The notes under the pieces were generated by a model that ran no database searches, was not told the origin of the DNA, and was given only the letters and a program-made list of their open reading frames with translations. A stretch of 63,909 nucleotides of DNA, counting the filler, from Reticulomyxa filosa (Eukaryota > Protista > Foraminifera): assembly GCA_000512085.1 (NCBI GenBank). It is 24 parts of 24 records of this genome, joined end to end, with 100 filler letters (N's around TTAATTAATTAA, not from the genome) between each part and the next. Parts side by side here need not be neighbours in the genome. Positions count along the whole stretch, not along the records: positions 4,156 to 13,058 come from ASPP01005578.1; positions 13,159 to 14,569 come from ASPP01044510.1; positions 14,670 to 16,273 come from ASPP01049644.1; positions 16,374 to 20,411 come from ASPP01027916.1; positions 20,512 to 22,974 come from ASPP01032868.1; positions 23,075 to 28,210 come from ASPP01026074.1; 18 more parts are not named here. The stretch is one strand, 5' to 3'. Of this stretch, positions 12,386-26,880 are shown piece by piece. How positions within the stretch are numbered: position 1 is the stretch's first letter; the number at the start of each line of letters is the position of its first letter. The position numbers and the translations under genes were made by a program.

Positions 12386-13158
12386 AGAAGCAAGTGGCTT
12401 TTTCGCTGGTGTCACTTTAACAACGCCTAAATTTTGAAATGCGCCCAAATTTTCCGTGTTAAAAAAAATTCATTTTTTATGTTTTATTGAACTATTGCAA
12501 TAGTAAGCATCAATCGAGCAGTTTCATCTGCTGGGGGAGGAGAAAAAAAGAGCGTTTTGATACTCCAGTTTATTATTGAATTAAATTGGGTGTGTTCGTT
12601 AAAAGTTGTTTCCCAATTAAAATTAAAAAAAGAGTTGTGCAGTAATGAAAACAAATGCATCAAAAATTAAAAGTTTGGTTGCAGATAAAATGAGAAATTG
12701 ATACAAAATATTGAAAGCGTGGTTGTCTTTGCCAAAAGGTTTTCGTTACAACAAACCTTTACTAACTAATTATCGACCACACAAAACAAGTCTGGGAGGA
12801 ATAAGTGGATGAAAAAATTGTCCCTTCTCGGTTATGACATATTAATTTAATTTTCGACCTATTGCTATGTGCCTTGCTTTAAGTTTTGAGTTTTTTCTCA
12901 TGTTCTTGTTTGATCCGATCGTACTCTTTCAGGGCATCCTAAATACAAAATGAAAAAAATAAAAATAGCGTTTATAAACAAATTGAAACAGTAACATTGT
13001 ATTAATTTGGATTGGAAAGTAGAGAAACAAAAAAAAAAAGGGGAGAAACCTCAAGTTTNNNNNNNNNNNNNNNNNNNNNNNNNNNNNNNNNNNNNNNNNN
13101 NNTTAATTAATTAANNNNNNNNNNNNNNNNNNNNNNNNNNNNNNNNNNNNNNNNNNNN

Positions 13159-14569
13159 CTTTTTCAGTTCTTGAGGCATTGAGTATATCGAATATGTAGC
13201 CCACGCCTTTGATGTTATCGATTTCGCGCTCATATTTTCCAATCTTTTCGATAAGTTCATTTTTGTCACTGGCCAATCTTGAGATTTCCAAGTCCGAGAA
13301 ACCTCGACTTTTTAAAAATTTGGAGGCAGTCTTCAATATCACTTTTTCTTTTTGTTGCAATTGCTGGAACTCTTTTTGAATTTGCTGATATTCTTTCAAA
13401 TTGTTATCCAATTCTTCAATGCGTGTCTGAGTTTTTTTTAGTGTTTCAAATTCAGTCTTTGCTCGGTTTTCTTGTTCCTCAATTTGTTCAATTGATTGAT
13501 AACCTTGTTCTTTCAAAAAGTCAATGGCTTTCTGTGGAATAGTTTTGTCCCTCCAATTCGCTTTTTTGGCCAATTGTTGATAATTCTCCTTAATGTCCAC
13601 CAATTTCGAAATTTCTTCATCTATTCTCTGATTTTCTTTGTCAAAATTGTTTTTCTTTTTTTCAAAGTCTGTAGTATTCATTTTTATTTCATCTTCAATG
13701 GATTGGATTCGGAAATCTAATTCTCGTGCATTCTTCAATCCTTTTTGTTGTAAATATGCATTGGCATGATTGAGGCTTTCGGCATACACTTTTAATTTCT
13801 CCAATTGTTCTTTAATCTCTTTTTGATAACGCACACCTCTTTTTTCCAATGAAAATTCATGCTCAATTGTGGACACTGTCGCTCGAATTGCATATTCAAT
13901 TTTCATTCCGACTTCTTTGGAATGATTGGCAATTTCGGGAATGATTGACTCTAACCTATTTAATTTCTCCAAATGTTCAACTATCTTGCGACCTTGCTCC
14001 AAATGATCTGGATGATCGATATCCAACTCTAAATATTTACTCGATTGTTCCAATTCACACAAATGAAAAAGCAATTTATTTTTGACTTCGTCCATCAAAT
14101 TACCATATCTCCATTCTTGACGCTCCTCAATCCATTTGGATCGATGCATACAACTTACACACTCAAAAAGTCTATTGTAATCAAACGATGGATTTTGTTT
14201 CATCAACAAAGGGAGTATTAACTCGATATCTTTGTGAACATCACGCAAATATCCAACTATGTGTTCAACAGTTTGGAAATAACTTCGTTGAGTCCTTTGT
14301 TCCACTGATTTTATTTTGCGAAGATCGTCCATGATGAACATAAAATCTTTGATTTCATCAAAGGCCTGATGTCTCTGTTTTTCAAAAAGAGATGCAATCT
14401 TTTGACTGATTCTTTCAAAGTACACAACGACTTCGCCTAAAAACGACTGAAATACTTGTTTGGTAGATTTGTCGAGATTGATATGTTGGCAAGGCAGTTC
14501 AAACACATTTGATGCCCTTTCTAAAATATCTGCATTCATTTCCAACTGTTCAATATCAGATTTACCAAG
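13159..14569 (-). CDS. Internal fragment of a large alpha-helical/coiled-coil protein, function unknown
   Basis: Frame open across the whole 1.4-kb contig (about 470 codons); E/K/Q-rich heptads in the second half. Confidence 0.75.
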
Positions 14570-14669
14570 NNNNNNNNNNNNNNNNNNNNNNNNNNNNNNN
14601 NNNNNNNNNNNNNTTAATTAATTAANNNNNNNNNNNNNNNNNNNNNNNNNNNNNNNNNNNNNNNNNNNN

Positions 14670-15480
14670 TATTGTTAATATTTTATCATTTAATATCAAT
14701 TCACCATATAAATTATTTTCATTATAAAATTGTTTTTCCTCTTTTTTATTTTGTTTATATTGGACTGTGATTAAATCACATAAATAATTATTTTTTATCA
14801 TTTCATGAAACAGTTTTTGCAAATCGTTAATAATCTATTTCTCAATGTACTTGAATAATTGGATAATGAGTAAAATGTTTGTAATAATACATCTGAGTCA
14901 TTTATTTTTGATATTTTTAATGATATTGCTCATTTACAAAATAGTGTATCATTTGTAAGTTATGTTGTATATGTTGTATTCCTTGTTTGAAAGTGATAAA
15001 ATATGGTTTCAATGACTCTTTGTGTGTTCTATTATCACTTTTATCTTTTCAAATGACATGAAAAGAGTTGAACTCCTGTGTAAATGTAAAACAATTGGAC
15101 AATTGATAATTTATATCGATGTCAGCATACTATTGAATATTCACATTGAATTCCAATGATAATTTTTTTTGGGTTTCCAAGTTGTAATGATTTGATTTTT
15201 AATTTATTTTCATCAAATAACATTATTGTTCGATGCTCATAATCAAATACACTAAAATAATCTTTCCATTTTCTCATTCCATAACATACACACTAATAAT
15301 ATCTACTGCAATTCTCCTTCCAAATATATTAATACTTTCTCAAAATCTGCACTTAATGTAAATATTTCTGAACTAAACAGTTGTATAAAGCTTGTTTGTT
15401 AATTGACGATATTTTTCAAAATATTCCACAAAGTATGCAAACACATTTCTCGAATTCATTTTCTAATAATTTGTTAAAAA
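14670..15480 (-). pseudogene. Decayed member of a PUB-like-domain gene family
   Basis: Pieced minus-strand frames read FNKLLENEFEK/LHTLWNILK/KYRQ/NKQALYNCLVQK/TLSADFEKVL (PUB-like NI...KYR), then KWKDY.SVFDYEHRTIMLFDENKLKIK and LQKLFHEMIKNNYLCDLI, with many stops and frameshifts. Confidence 0.55.
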
Positions 15481-17085
15481 TACATTTAAATGTTTTTGTT
15501 AGTAAAAAAGAAAAAAGAAAAAAATAGAAATTGATTGTTACGTGTTCTCTGTTAGCCATGTTAAGACATCCTTTGTCTTTTCAAATCATGCCAATACATC
15601 TTCAATGATTTCTTCACCCATCTCGGGGAACATATGTTGAAGTTATACAAGCATGATACTGAAGTTAATTGCAAAAGAAAACAATAATATCAATATTTCA
15701 CATTTCATAGATACCATATTGTGTGAGCGTTGTTACAAAGAGAAAGATGTTTTAGTGTAGGATAAAAATTATCTGATGAAAATTAAAGATTTAATAAATT
15801 TTTGCATATTTTCAAAAAACAAATACTTTTACGGAAGAATGAGACAGTCTTTAGTCAAATACTTCGTTAATTTATCATAAGCATCAAATGAAACTAAAAG
15901 AAAATTTGGAGATGAAGATGATTTAAAGAAAAGAATTACATAGTAAAAAATGACTTTAAATTTCTGTTGGGTAATGTTATATTTCAAATTTGGTAAAATG
16001 ATTGTCTTAAAAAAGTACGGCATGATGATATGTTCTTGCCAATAAAAATTTTAATGAGTGCTTTGATACCAAATTACAATATAGCTTGTAAAAAATTTTG
16101 TAATAAAAATATGACTATTGAATATCTTTAACAAAAGAATCAACTTTAAAATTGATTATCAATGGTGACTGAACGGACCGTTTGTCCAATCTAATTCTTC
16201 ACATATGTTCTCTGTTAATGCAGCAACACTGTCGTAAATACATTCTCAATCTTTCAAATATGTTAATCATTGTNNNNNNNNNNNNNNNNNNNNNNNNNNN
16301 NNNNNNNNNNNNNNNNNTTAATTAATTAANNNNNNNNNNNNNNNNNNNNNNNNNNNNNNNNNNNNNNNNNNNNTTTCAAAGACAAGAATTGAAAAGAAAG
16401 TTCAAAAATGGTCCAATAAAAATATTGTGTGGAAAATCTCAATTTTCAAATAAGAAAAGATTAAGTGAATGGAAGGAAGATTATGAATCTCCTAAAAAGA
16501 AAAGTATTGAAAATGAATTAAACAAATGGAAGATACAAATACGATTGGAACAAGACAAATTCAATCCAGCAGTGTGGTATTTGAATGAAGAAGATGTTCA
16601 ATTGTTTTTTAAAACAGTACCTCCAGGTGAAGATTGTTTAAGAGTGAGGTATTAAATGAAAAATTTAAAGAAAGTAAGGGTTGTCACTGGCTTATTTCAT
16701 TTAATAAAAGCATTAATTCTTTTTTTTTTCATTTTTTTGGAATTTTTTTGATGAATTAAATGATTCGTTTTCTTTGATGCTAAATCTGCTATTTATGTGA
16801 CAGTTATCCATACATTGAAGGTAATGACAATATGAACAATTATTCATATAATATGATTTTAAAAAAAATTGGTCATTCAGAAGAAACTCTATGTCAATGC
16901 TTTTTTCATTTGGCGATCCGCCAAAAGACAATAAAGTAATTTATCTGTGCTCGTATTGCTCACAAGTTTTACCACGCAATGTTTGTGCAGTTTAATGATC
17001 ATAGATTGACTTATACTGATCTTTGGCTATGGATGTGAATAACATTGTCAATTTTCAAAACCACAATAAATTACTAGTTCGTAAT

Positions 17086-17400
17086 CTAAGGATATGCTGT
17101 CAGTTTTTCCAGTTCTATTTGTATATCATTTGCAGTTTCACACTTATCAGTTACCAACCACCCGACCACTCGCCTGCGCATTTTATCACTCAAAATAGAT
17201 TTTCTTCCTGATCCATGGTTTCTGTTGATATTCTCGTTTGTTTGAAACACTTTTTTCCAATTTTGGACAGTCATCACGCCAACCTTGGTTTTGACACTTT
17301 TTGCATAGACTTTCCATTCAAAAGCGTTTGCACAGCTATTCCATTTGTAAACTCATCACATTGCTTCACCATAATGATTTTTACTTTCTTCTGTGTTTAT
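17086..17400 (-). mobile_element. Tc1/mariner transposase N-terminal (HTH) relic
   Basis: NINRNHGSGRKSILSDKMRRRVVGWLVTDKCETANDIQIEL resembles the GRPR linker plus second HTH of Tc1 transposases; surrounded by stops. Confidence 0.6.
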
Positions 17401-20289
17401 TGTACGTAAATACTTTAATATTAGTCAGTATAATTCATTTTAAATTTTTTGTTTGATAAGATATTTTTTGAATTTTTCAAACTATTTAGGAAAAAGAAGG
17501 ATGCAGAACTTTTCAAATAAATGCAAGAGATAAGATAGTACAACATAGAGGAAAGATAGTCTTGTAATTTGTTCTATGATCTACAAAATTATTTTTACTT
17601 TAGATCTTTTCAATAAAGATATACAAGTCAAATACTAAAAAAGCCCTTTTTTTTGTTGTATGGTTTTTTTTTGCAAATTACTGACTTTCCTTAAAAAAAT
17701 AATGGAATGTGAATCAATAAACTTGATGCTGAATTGATTAAAAAATGTTTTTTGGAGTGAAGAAAAACTATCAATTATCACTTAAAGAATTAGTTTTATT
17801 GACTTTTTTCTTTTTGAAATTACATCAAATCTTAATTCAGACTCATTGAATAATTATTATCAGTATTTCAAACAATATTGAAAAAGTTTATCACATTCTA
17901 ACTTGCCATTTGTTCTTTCATGTCAGTTATCTCCATCTTGATATATGTGACAAGTGATCTGATTTAGTTTTTATTTGTTTAATAAAAATAATGCGATTAT
18001 TTTTTTCGCTAATTGTTTAATACTTGCACACTAATACATTGCGAAATCGAAAGATATCACTATCTTCATCATTCAATATCACTTCCACTGTTCTTTGGTT
18101 TGTATGTGTGGCTAATACAGGATATTCTATCTTGACTATAAGGCAATGATATTTCATTACATTGTTGATTGGCAAAATGACATAAAAGCAAAATATATGC
18201 AAATGTTTCGTGATTCGCATCTATTTAATGATGCTTAAATAAACTTAATTAAGATAATAATTAATTCATTTTTAATAAAAGATTTTTTGAATGTATCTGA
18301 ACAGTTTAAAAACGCTAACTATAAGAGATTTTATGCTGAAATTAAACCTATATTTTGAAAGAAATCAGCAATGTGATATTCCAAAGAGGATATTAAACAA
18401 TAATCTCATCATATACTTTGAATAAAAAAATCAATACTATTAATGTAGTTCGAATATTTTTGCTAGATATGATCCCTTTTCTTGTTTGGACCAAAAGTGA
18501 TGCCATAGAAATTTTTACAAAGTGGTGTTTACGTTGAGTTTTTTCGGTTGTAACAAGCAGAAGTCAGAAACATTTCTTTTTGTTTGATTAGGATTTAAAG
18601 GGACAATTCTGAAATATTACTTTATGAAACAATCTCAATTACATATTTTATGAACAGAAAATGCTTTTGTTTTTAGGTATAAAGCCGATCATTTTCCATT
18701 TTAAAACAAAACAAAGAATTTTGATTTTTAACAAGCATTTGTTAATAATACTATTCGACAGAATTTGATATATATTACATTTCTTTAGTTTCATTGATAA
18801 TGTCTTGACCGTTGTTTACACTTTCAACTAAAAGTATAGTGAAAAAAACTACCTTGATTTCCTAGATCGCTTTTGATCATTTATTTGGAAAGTTGTTATG
18901 ACTGAGGCAAATTTATTAATTTGCAATTTGAATTATTTTATAATTATCATTGAAATATGCAATGTTTCTTGAATGTATTGGGACACAGAAGTAGAAACAA
19001 TCCAACATGAAATGATAATTTCACAAAAACTGTTTTTTTGTGTCTATTTTTTGTTCTTTTATCCTGTTCATTCTAAACTTGTTTGTGATAAAATGAATGT
19101 ATAGTCTTGTCAATTCCAAAATGCAAAATATTATTGAGAAAAACAGTTTGGATAATAATTGAGCAAACGTTAATGCGATTTTGTCATTTTTTATCATATT
19201 TATCCATTGAAAACTCAAACTAGCTTTTTTGGAGTCACTCGAATTAATGCAGAGTTTTTTGGGGGAGTCACTCCAATTAATATAGAGTTTTTTTTGGAGA
19301 AGAAACAAATTACATACTTAATTATCAATTTTTTTGTACAACTGCTTTAGTTGAATGAAATTCATTTTAAACCTGGATTGATGATTTTGGATCAATTGCA
19401 TTGATAATAGCTTTTTGATTTGATCAATAATTATTACGTAACTCAAATCCTTGCAATCGTTTGTCTAGTGCATACACTTTGACTAGGGCATCAAAATATA
19501 ACTCTTTTACATGATGCTTTGAGTTCTTTCTGCCACTTGCTAGTGCTCCTAGTTTCACATGACAATCTGACAAAATGATCATTTTGTGGTTTTACTTAAC
19601 AAATTTGATACGTAAAGACAAAATTATGGTCAATACGACTATTATAATCAATTGAGAATTCAATTTTTGTTTTGTATAATAATTTTCAATGCTAAAATAA
19701 TGGTAATTATTATTTGCTCATATATCCGTCTTATGTGTTATCCTAAACTAAAATATAATACAGGCTATGTAATAATTGTACACCTAAATCTCTGTCAAAA
19801 ATTCAACGTATTTACTTTTTTCCTCACAAGTTTTGGGACCACCTTGTGATAAATTAGTAAAATTGTGTTGCAACGTGTTTTTTATTGTGAAATTGTTATC
19901 ACATTTTTGTCTGACAACGGTATAGATTTTGTAGTGTAATTACTCATCATATAAAAAATGTTATCGAATTTATTAAAAAAAATATCAACACAAACAATTT
20001 GAAAACAAAATTTATCTTTTCTTTTGTACAAAATTGCTATTTGTAAATTGTTCTAATTTTTGTTAACCTCTTCGCGAATGCGCAACTCTAAAATTTACAA
20101 AAAAACACATCATTTTTTTTAACAACAAAAAAACATAATTTGTTAACACCTAGTTATACCAATTCCAATAAAGAATGCTTTTTCTTCTACACAAAAGAAA
20201 CAACTAACTTAATACGATTTACAAGTTATTAGACGAACATGAACTAACATCTTGCTCTTGTTTAGAAAAGTAAAGCATGAAAATAACAT

Positions 20290-20411
20290 TTTTTTTTTCA
20301 TGCTTCATCAAAAAGGTCAACTATTTTTTGAATATCACACTATTTCTAACTTTAAATCAAGTGGTGATCGTCACTAACCTCACGGTTGCATGTCAACAAG
20401 TTAAATTTTTT
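20290..20411 (+). repeat. Dispersed about 120-bp repeat, copy 1 (copy 2 at 38504-38630)
   Basis: Shared blocks TTTTCATG..CATCAAAAA, CTATTTCTAACTTT, ATCAAGTG, TCACTAACCTCAC, CAACAAGTTAA. Both copies abut contig ends. Confidence 0.85.
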
Positions 20412-20608
20412 NNNNNNNNNNNNNNNNNNNNNNNNNNNNNNNNNNNNNNNNNNNNTTAATTAATTAANNNNNNNNNNNNNNNNNNNNNNNNNNNNNNNNN
20501 NNNNNNNNNNNAAAAAAAAAAAAAAAAATATATATATATACATTTTTTGTTTCTTTCTTTTATTTTGGATTGAGTCTTTCTTTACAACAAAAAAAAAAAA
20601 AAAAAGTG

Positions 20609-22974
20609 TTAAAACATAACCACAATGTCTCCCATCATCTTTAAAATCATAGTAAGTAACGAACCCGTCGCCTGATCGCGCCTCAAGAAACATGCGATTC
20701 GCGTCCACAACATCACGCATTGAAATCCCCACATGAACATGTACAACGCCGTGAAGGACGTATTCCGCTCCTCCAAGATCGTGCCGCACGTAAAGTTCCC
20801 ACTTTTCGCGCATGCTTGCGCCTCGTGTATGGACACGTGGATCTCGTAGGCGTGAGTCGAAAAGAACCGCATAGAAAACAGGCCGATCCATAACACCACA
20901 ATGCCCATGTCCCAATAATTGATCCAATTGGCAAAGTAGTGACGTCCTTCAATCACAAACTGGATGGTGTGGAAAGCAATGAATGCCAGATTCATAATCC
21001 AAAGTCCGTATTCCATAAACGTAACTGTCATGTAAGGGTAGATTTGGAAATACGTCACCCACGACACATATGCGACATAAAGGCAATACAAAAAACACCG
21101 AGTCAGATACTTGCCCAAAGGACTGAAATAAAATTTGTTTGGAGTCAGTGCCAGACAACGCAGGATTTGGAAGTGGCTTTTCTCCGTTTGGATGAATGCA
21201 TCTTTCGGATCCAAGTACTCAAACTCATACCACATTTGCAACATCAGTGGAGATAGGCGCTGAAAGTCCAGAAATGTGTCCAAATTGAAACGAATTGCTA
21301 TGTCATACATTGACATTGTATCGATATCGCAAGGAATCTCTAACGCCATTGCTAACAAATAATCGCTATCGATATTTGACAACAAGTCTGTGGATATCTA
21401 TCTTTCGTTTATCCAATTTACCAAACCACCACCCCCACCCCCCATTCCCAAAAGAAAATTGTTGTTGTTATACCCATACACATTGCGCACATGCACTCAT
21501 ACATGCACAGTTAAAATGTATTAACTTTAATGTACTTTTCACTAATTAAGCGAAACGCTTCTTCTTTTTTCAAATCACTTTGTGCTCGTTCTTTCATAAT
21601 CGCGGCTAGATATAACGAGATTGCCTCGGGAAATTCACTCGTTTCAATGATGGATTGACATAACTCGTCAAAGGACTTGAGTTGCAATTTACTTAAGCGC
21701 TCACGATTCTCTTCCAGCAATCTCACGGCAATCGGCGTTGGCAATTGATTTGCCAGATAGATCAAACAATCCCATACGCTGTCGCGATCTTTCAGAACCA
21801 ACTGATACACGCAAAAGTACCACAAGGATTTGCCATAGGTGAACGCGTCCAAGTCGTGAAGCAGTTTCGGAATCAGCGGCTTCGTACGCATGCGGGAGAT
21901 CATCAGCATTCCCTCCGGTGGTGGAGACCCGCTTGCAATCGTCCCATGTAAAGAGGACATACTTTGTTCCAACAGCGTTCCTAAACCTGTTCCTAACAAG
22001 TTCCCTGTTCCTGTTCCGGGCATGTTCCCTACGGTGTTAACAGGTATGTTTGGATTATTGTTTCGAGATTTTTGGATTTGTGATGGCAGTTGTGATTGTG
22101 ATTGTAATTGCGATTGCAATTGTGATTGCTTCTGCTGCTGCTGCAGTGGAGCGATATTGTTAGTAATATCTCTGTTTTGAGAGTCGACAGGCACATTGGC
22201 ATAATCAAAGCCTTTCAATTTGTAGTTTCTTCGAAACTGCTCGTATCGAGAGATATGCAAGGCGGTAACCTTTCGCTCACGATTGAATTTGAGTGCGTTG
22301 GCCTTGTCAAACTCGGTTTGGTCGAGTTTGAAAAACTTGCGAAACATGACTTTGGTGACAATGCTTTCCTCCTTTTTCTGCGGCAGCGTTGGGAGTGGAA
22401 GCGACTTGAACTGCGTCAAACCCAACACCGTTTCTCGTACTTTCAGCAGTTCGTAGATTTGTTCCTCCAAGGTTTCGGGGGGTTTATATTCCGCTATTAT
22501 TTTGCGAACCTCGGCATAAAATACAAATAAGCGAATGACTTCTTTCAATTTGCGTAGTCTCTTTTTTTTTTTTTTTAAAAAATGTACGTGTATGTGTATA
22601 TATATTTTTTAATGTATATACAAAAAAAAAATGTACGAACAGTGCATTCTTCATCGTGGAACACAAATTGCGCTTGGGCAGACGGCACAAAGAACACAGG
22701 GTGCTGTTGTGTCGAATACAAAGGGACGCGACGTCCACAGCCTGTGCAAAGATACTTCTTCTTATTGAGCTCTTTCATCAACTCGGGCATGGCCAAATTG
22801 CCACGGTGTTGAAATTGGAAATCCGCTCAGCCATTCCATCGGCAACGAGACGTTCGCCGTCTTCCTTTTGTCCCCGTTGCCATCTCCGCGAATCGCTGTC
22901 GCTGTCACCAAGCTGTCCAAACCCATTGGCTCCATTAATCCCAAGTCACTTGCAATTTCAAACGACTGCTGGGG
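20609..22974 (-). CDS. TRP-family cation channel (partial, multi-exon)
   Basis: Exons about 22974-22641, 22550-21525 and 21397-20620. TM region with FYFSPLGKY, YFANWINYWD (S2-S3) and LWTRIACFLRRDQATGSLLTMILKMMGDIV (S4 and S4-S5 linker typical of TRPM/TRPC-like channels). Confidence 0.8.
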
Positions 22975-25900
22975 NNNNNNNNNNNNNNNNNNNNNNNNNN
23001 NNNNNNNNNNNNNNNNNNTTAATTAATTAANNNNNNNNNNNNNNNNNNNNNNNNNNNNNNNNNNNNNNNNNNNNATAATATTCGAAAAGGCATGTCATTA
23101 TCACGGGCGTGTCAAAGAGCATTCTTTCTCTTGCGATGCTTGTCTTAGCCCGATTAGATCTATGTGTATTTTTACAAAGAACAACACCAAATGACAGTTG
23201 TGCTGAAACGTGGGAACGACACAAGCGTATTTATAAGACTAGAATTGTGCAGGTATCTTTTTTTGGAGGGGCTTCTCGTCTTGTTCGCTAGTCTACAAGT
23301 CAAAGTGCAACCAATCAATTTTTTCAGATGATCTACTTTTTCACCCAATCAAAAAAAAAAAAATAATAAAATGTAAAACGCTTGCGATATACACAATACA
23401 CACAGATATAAATTTGATTATATTAAAGATGAAGGAAATGCTAAATGAGCATTTTTGCAGTCCTGACTGCTTCAAACATTTTATTGTTTTTTTTTTTGAA
23501 ATCGTTGAAATATTTACTGTAACCACTTTTTCCATTTAATTTTTTTCTTTGATTGGAGATAGTGATCTACTTATATTTATCTTCTTAAGTGAAAAGAAAT
23601 TTTAAATTGGAAAAGGATCAACTATTTTCGCAGTGAATATACACAAAACAAATTCATTTTTCAATCAACTTAGTATTTGCATAAATCGCTTCCAGTCCAT
23701 TTAAAGATTTACAAATACATTCGTTTGCCACAAATTTTTTCTTATTTTCATTTTAAGTGGCTTTATTGCTCATTGAATATCCTTTCATTTCGGTGTGCCT
23801 AATAGAAGTGGAGGGGACAAACAGAGGAGAAAATCTTAAGTAAGTCCTTTGGTTAGTTAAGCGGCAGCATGAAAGCGTTGCTTGTGTTGATGGTGCTGCA
23901 TGTATCAAATGTATTCGTTGTGTTATCAAACGCAAGTGAGAGGAATACAAGCAATTGCAGCTGGACGAACAGAAAAAAACACTTCACTCAGCACAGCAAT
24001 ATGAACATACTGTCAATATCACGCGATATGTTGCTCAACCACTTGTGGAAATTGGAAACGTGGAAGTGTGAGCAATCTCTACAATTATACAACAACATGT
24101 CAAGTGCATCATCATTGCAAATTTCCAACAATGAGTTGATGCAACCAACGAACGATAGTATACGTATTTGCCAAAGCACTCTCGTTGTAGATCCAAAGCA
24201 GTCCAAAAAGAACTGGCACTCCAAAGCGTCGACAATTAGTGTATTCATATCCACTTTGACAATACGACAGACATCATACAAACGGACATTTACAGCAGCG
24301 ACATCCAGGTACATAACAGTGACAAAAAGACTAAATGGAAAAAAAAATGGTCATTAAAAAAAAAGGGGAGATTTACGTATATCAAGAAATATGAAGGGGA
24401 GATGATGAATTGTGTATGTTATTAATTTTATTCAGAAATGATTTTAAAAAAAAATAGTGTATTGAAAAATGGCAAAATGGAGTCAATGATAAGTACGCAA
24501 CTTTCGAAAAGAAGGTGCAGCGGCCAGGAGCGAGCATCGATTGTGGACGTTGTCAATGATCAACTGTTTCGGGTACAACACTGGTGCAAGCGCGAATTCA
24601 ACCGCCAACATTATCTGCAACCGCAGCAGATATATTTTTTCCAATCTCGCTGCACCATGCACGCAAGTATCAAGTACAAACTTGCACAAGGCCCAATTCG
24701 TCCAAAGCATGTCGCTCACAACTTCGCCGCAATTTTGAGTATTGTCCAATGTTGCAATGTTAAGTCCTTTCTTTTTTTTAATTCCTTTTTTTGTTTAAGA
24801 ACAAACAAATAACAAACAAAAATATATAGTGCTACTTTGAAGTGTCATTGATAAAAGGACAACGTATACTTGGAATTATTGTCCAACCAGCTGCAATTGC
24901 TGGCACAAACTGTGATGGCAAGCATGTCGTTATCATTTCATGGCACAAACATGTCTTTGATGTTATAGATGCGCTGTTAGCGCAAATGAGGAAAGTAGGC
25001 GACAACGCAGCCGACGAACAAGTCGGTCGTGGTGCCTATCCTCTTGTGCAAATAGCACTCTATTGTCAAAGTCTTGATCTTATAATGCACTTAGCCATCA
25101 ATACAATATTTGGACAAACTGGTCAGATTGCAATATTATGTTCATCCACACATTGATCCATTCAAACACAAACATTTGCGGGCAACAATAATATGTACAC
25201 TAAATCACAATTGATGTCAATTCAATCGTCGAGATGACATTGATACCGCCAAGTTATTCTTGTCTTTTTTCTTGTTGTTCAATAATGTACATTAATTTTT
25301 TGCTTGTTTATTTGTACATAGAAAATAATTGTCAGACATTGTGGAGCAAATGGCAGTTGGAATTGGAAAAATTGAAGGATGAATAATATAACCACTTACT
25401 GTGGTCTGTAATGTGAGCGCTTGCATTCAAATGGCCAATATAATGTAAGTCTTTTGCTTTTCATTTATATTCGATTCATAACTATGTCTTGTATGATTAT
25501 TTATAATAGAACAACCCAATTGATGAAAAGAATAAAAAAATATGGAGTTGCAACCACCCCCGTCTCCTCAAGGGGAAAAAATGGTTTGTTCTATTTGCTT
25601 TTTTTTAGTACATATTTAAATGTTATATGTTTATGATATAGGTTCTTACAACCAACAAGATTTAATTTATATACACCCTCCACACAAAAAAAAATAATGC
25701 TAATCATGGGGTTGAAGTCTCCCCCGTTTGCGAAAGAGCAAAAAAATGTTTGTATTGTTTTTTTATTTGTGTATGTATACCTTTATTATAAAATATTTGT
25801 CTGTACTTGATGAAATAGGAATTCCCCCTCAAATGAACTATCTATATTTGTATATGTATTATATTTATTTATTTTATCATTACATAAAAAAAAAATAAAT

Positions 25901-26039
25901 AGATTTGAATTGTTTATAATAGGAAAAAGAAGCTGGAGTTTGATCGCAGCCAAATAATAGCTATAATCATATTTTTGTTTTTGTTTTTTAAAAATTATAA
26001 ATTATAACTTTGTTTGTGTATGTATATAGATATCCGGTG

Positions 26040-26400
26040 CACAAAAAGAGGAAACAAAAGGGGATAATAAAAATAAAATAAAAAACAAATGAAAAAAGGT
26101 TGAAGTACAACAAAAAAAAAATGATTGAATAATAAAAAAAAAGGAATTAATAAAAAGAAAATGAAATAATAAATAAGAAAAAAAAGGTTGAAATAAAAAA
26201 AATGTAGTAATAAAAAAAAATGATGTAATAATAATAAAAAAAGGAAGTATAATAAAAAAGAAAAATGTATTATAAGAAAATAAATATTTTAATAAGAAGA
26301 AAAAAGAATAAGAAATAAAAGAATAAAATGAAAATAATAATAATAAAAAATGAAATTGAATAAAAAGAAAATTATAATTAAATGTTAATTTAAAATTTTT
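26040..26400. repeat. A-rich purine low-complexity tract
   Basis: About 360 bp of degenerate AATAATAAAAAAAGG/TG-like units with almost no C on the + strand. Confidence 0.8.
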
Positions 26401-26880
26401 TTGATATTGAAAAAATGATTGTCCTACATGAGGATAACAACAAGTTACGTTATATATTCTTTTTCTTTATATGTGTTTGTTTAAAAAAATTTACATACTT
26501 GTCACATTATAGAAATCAAACATCGTATCCTACACATCGTGCGTGCGACGGCAATGAAAACACTTATATTAATAATCGCAAAGATAATTCAATACAAACT
26601 CAAAAATCCAATAAAATTACCATTGATGATATCACACTATATAATTCAATTGTCCAAAATTCAAATATATATTCGCACATCAAACATTGAGCTTCCAAGA
26701 CACTGTAAATTGACTGCCATTGGACCATATTTGTCCAAAGAGTCTAGTTTTATCCATTATCGAACCTTAGGTAGATCCGTGCAAAATCAAACAAGTACGT
26801 TTATCTTCAACTCAAAACAATGTTCTACAATGTCGATATTTACGTGACTATAAGCCGACATTACATCCAGTACAATACAA

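Noticed and set aside
19225-19300. Two-and-a-bit copies of a 33-bp unit (GGAGTCACTC.AATTAAT..AGAGTTTTTT)
   Set aside because: Simple local tandem duplication without spacers; not a CRISPR array.
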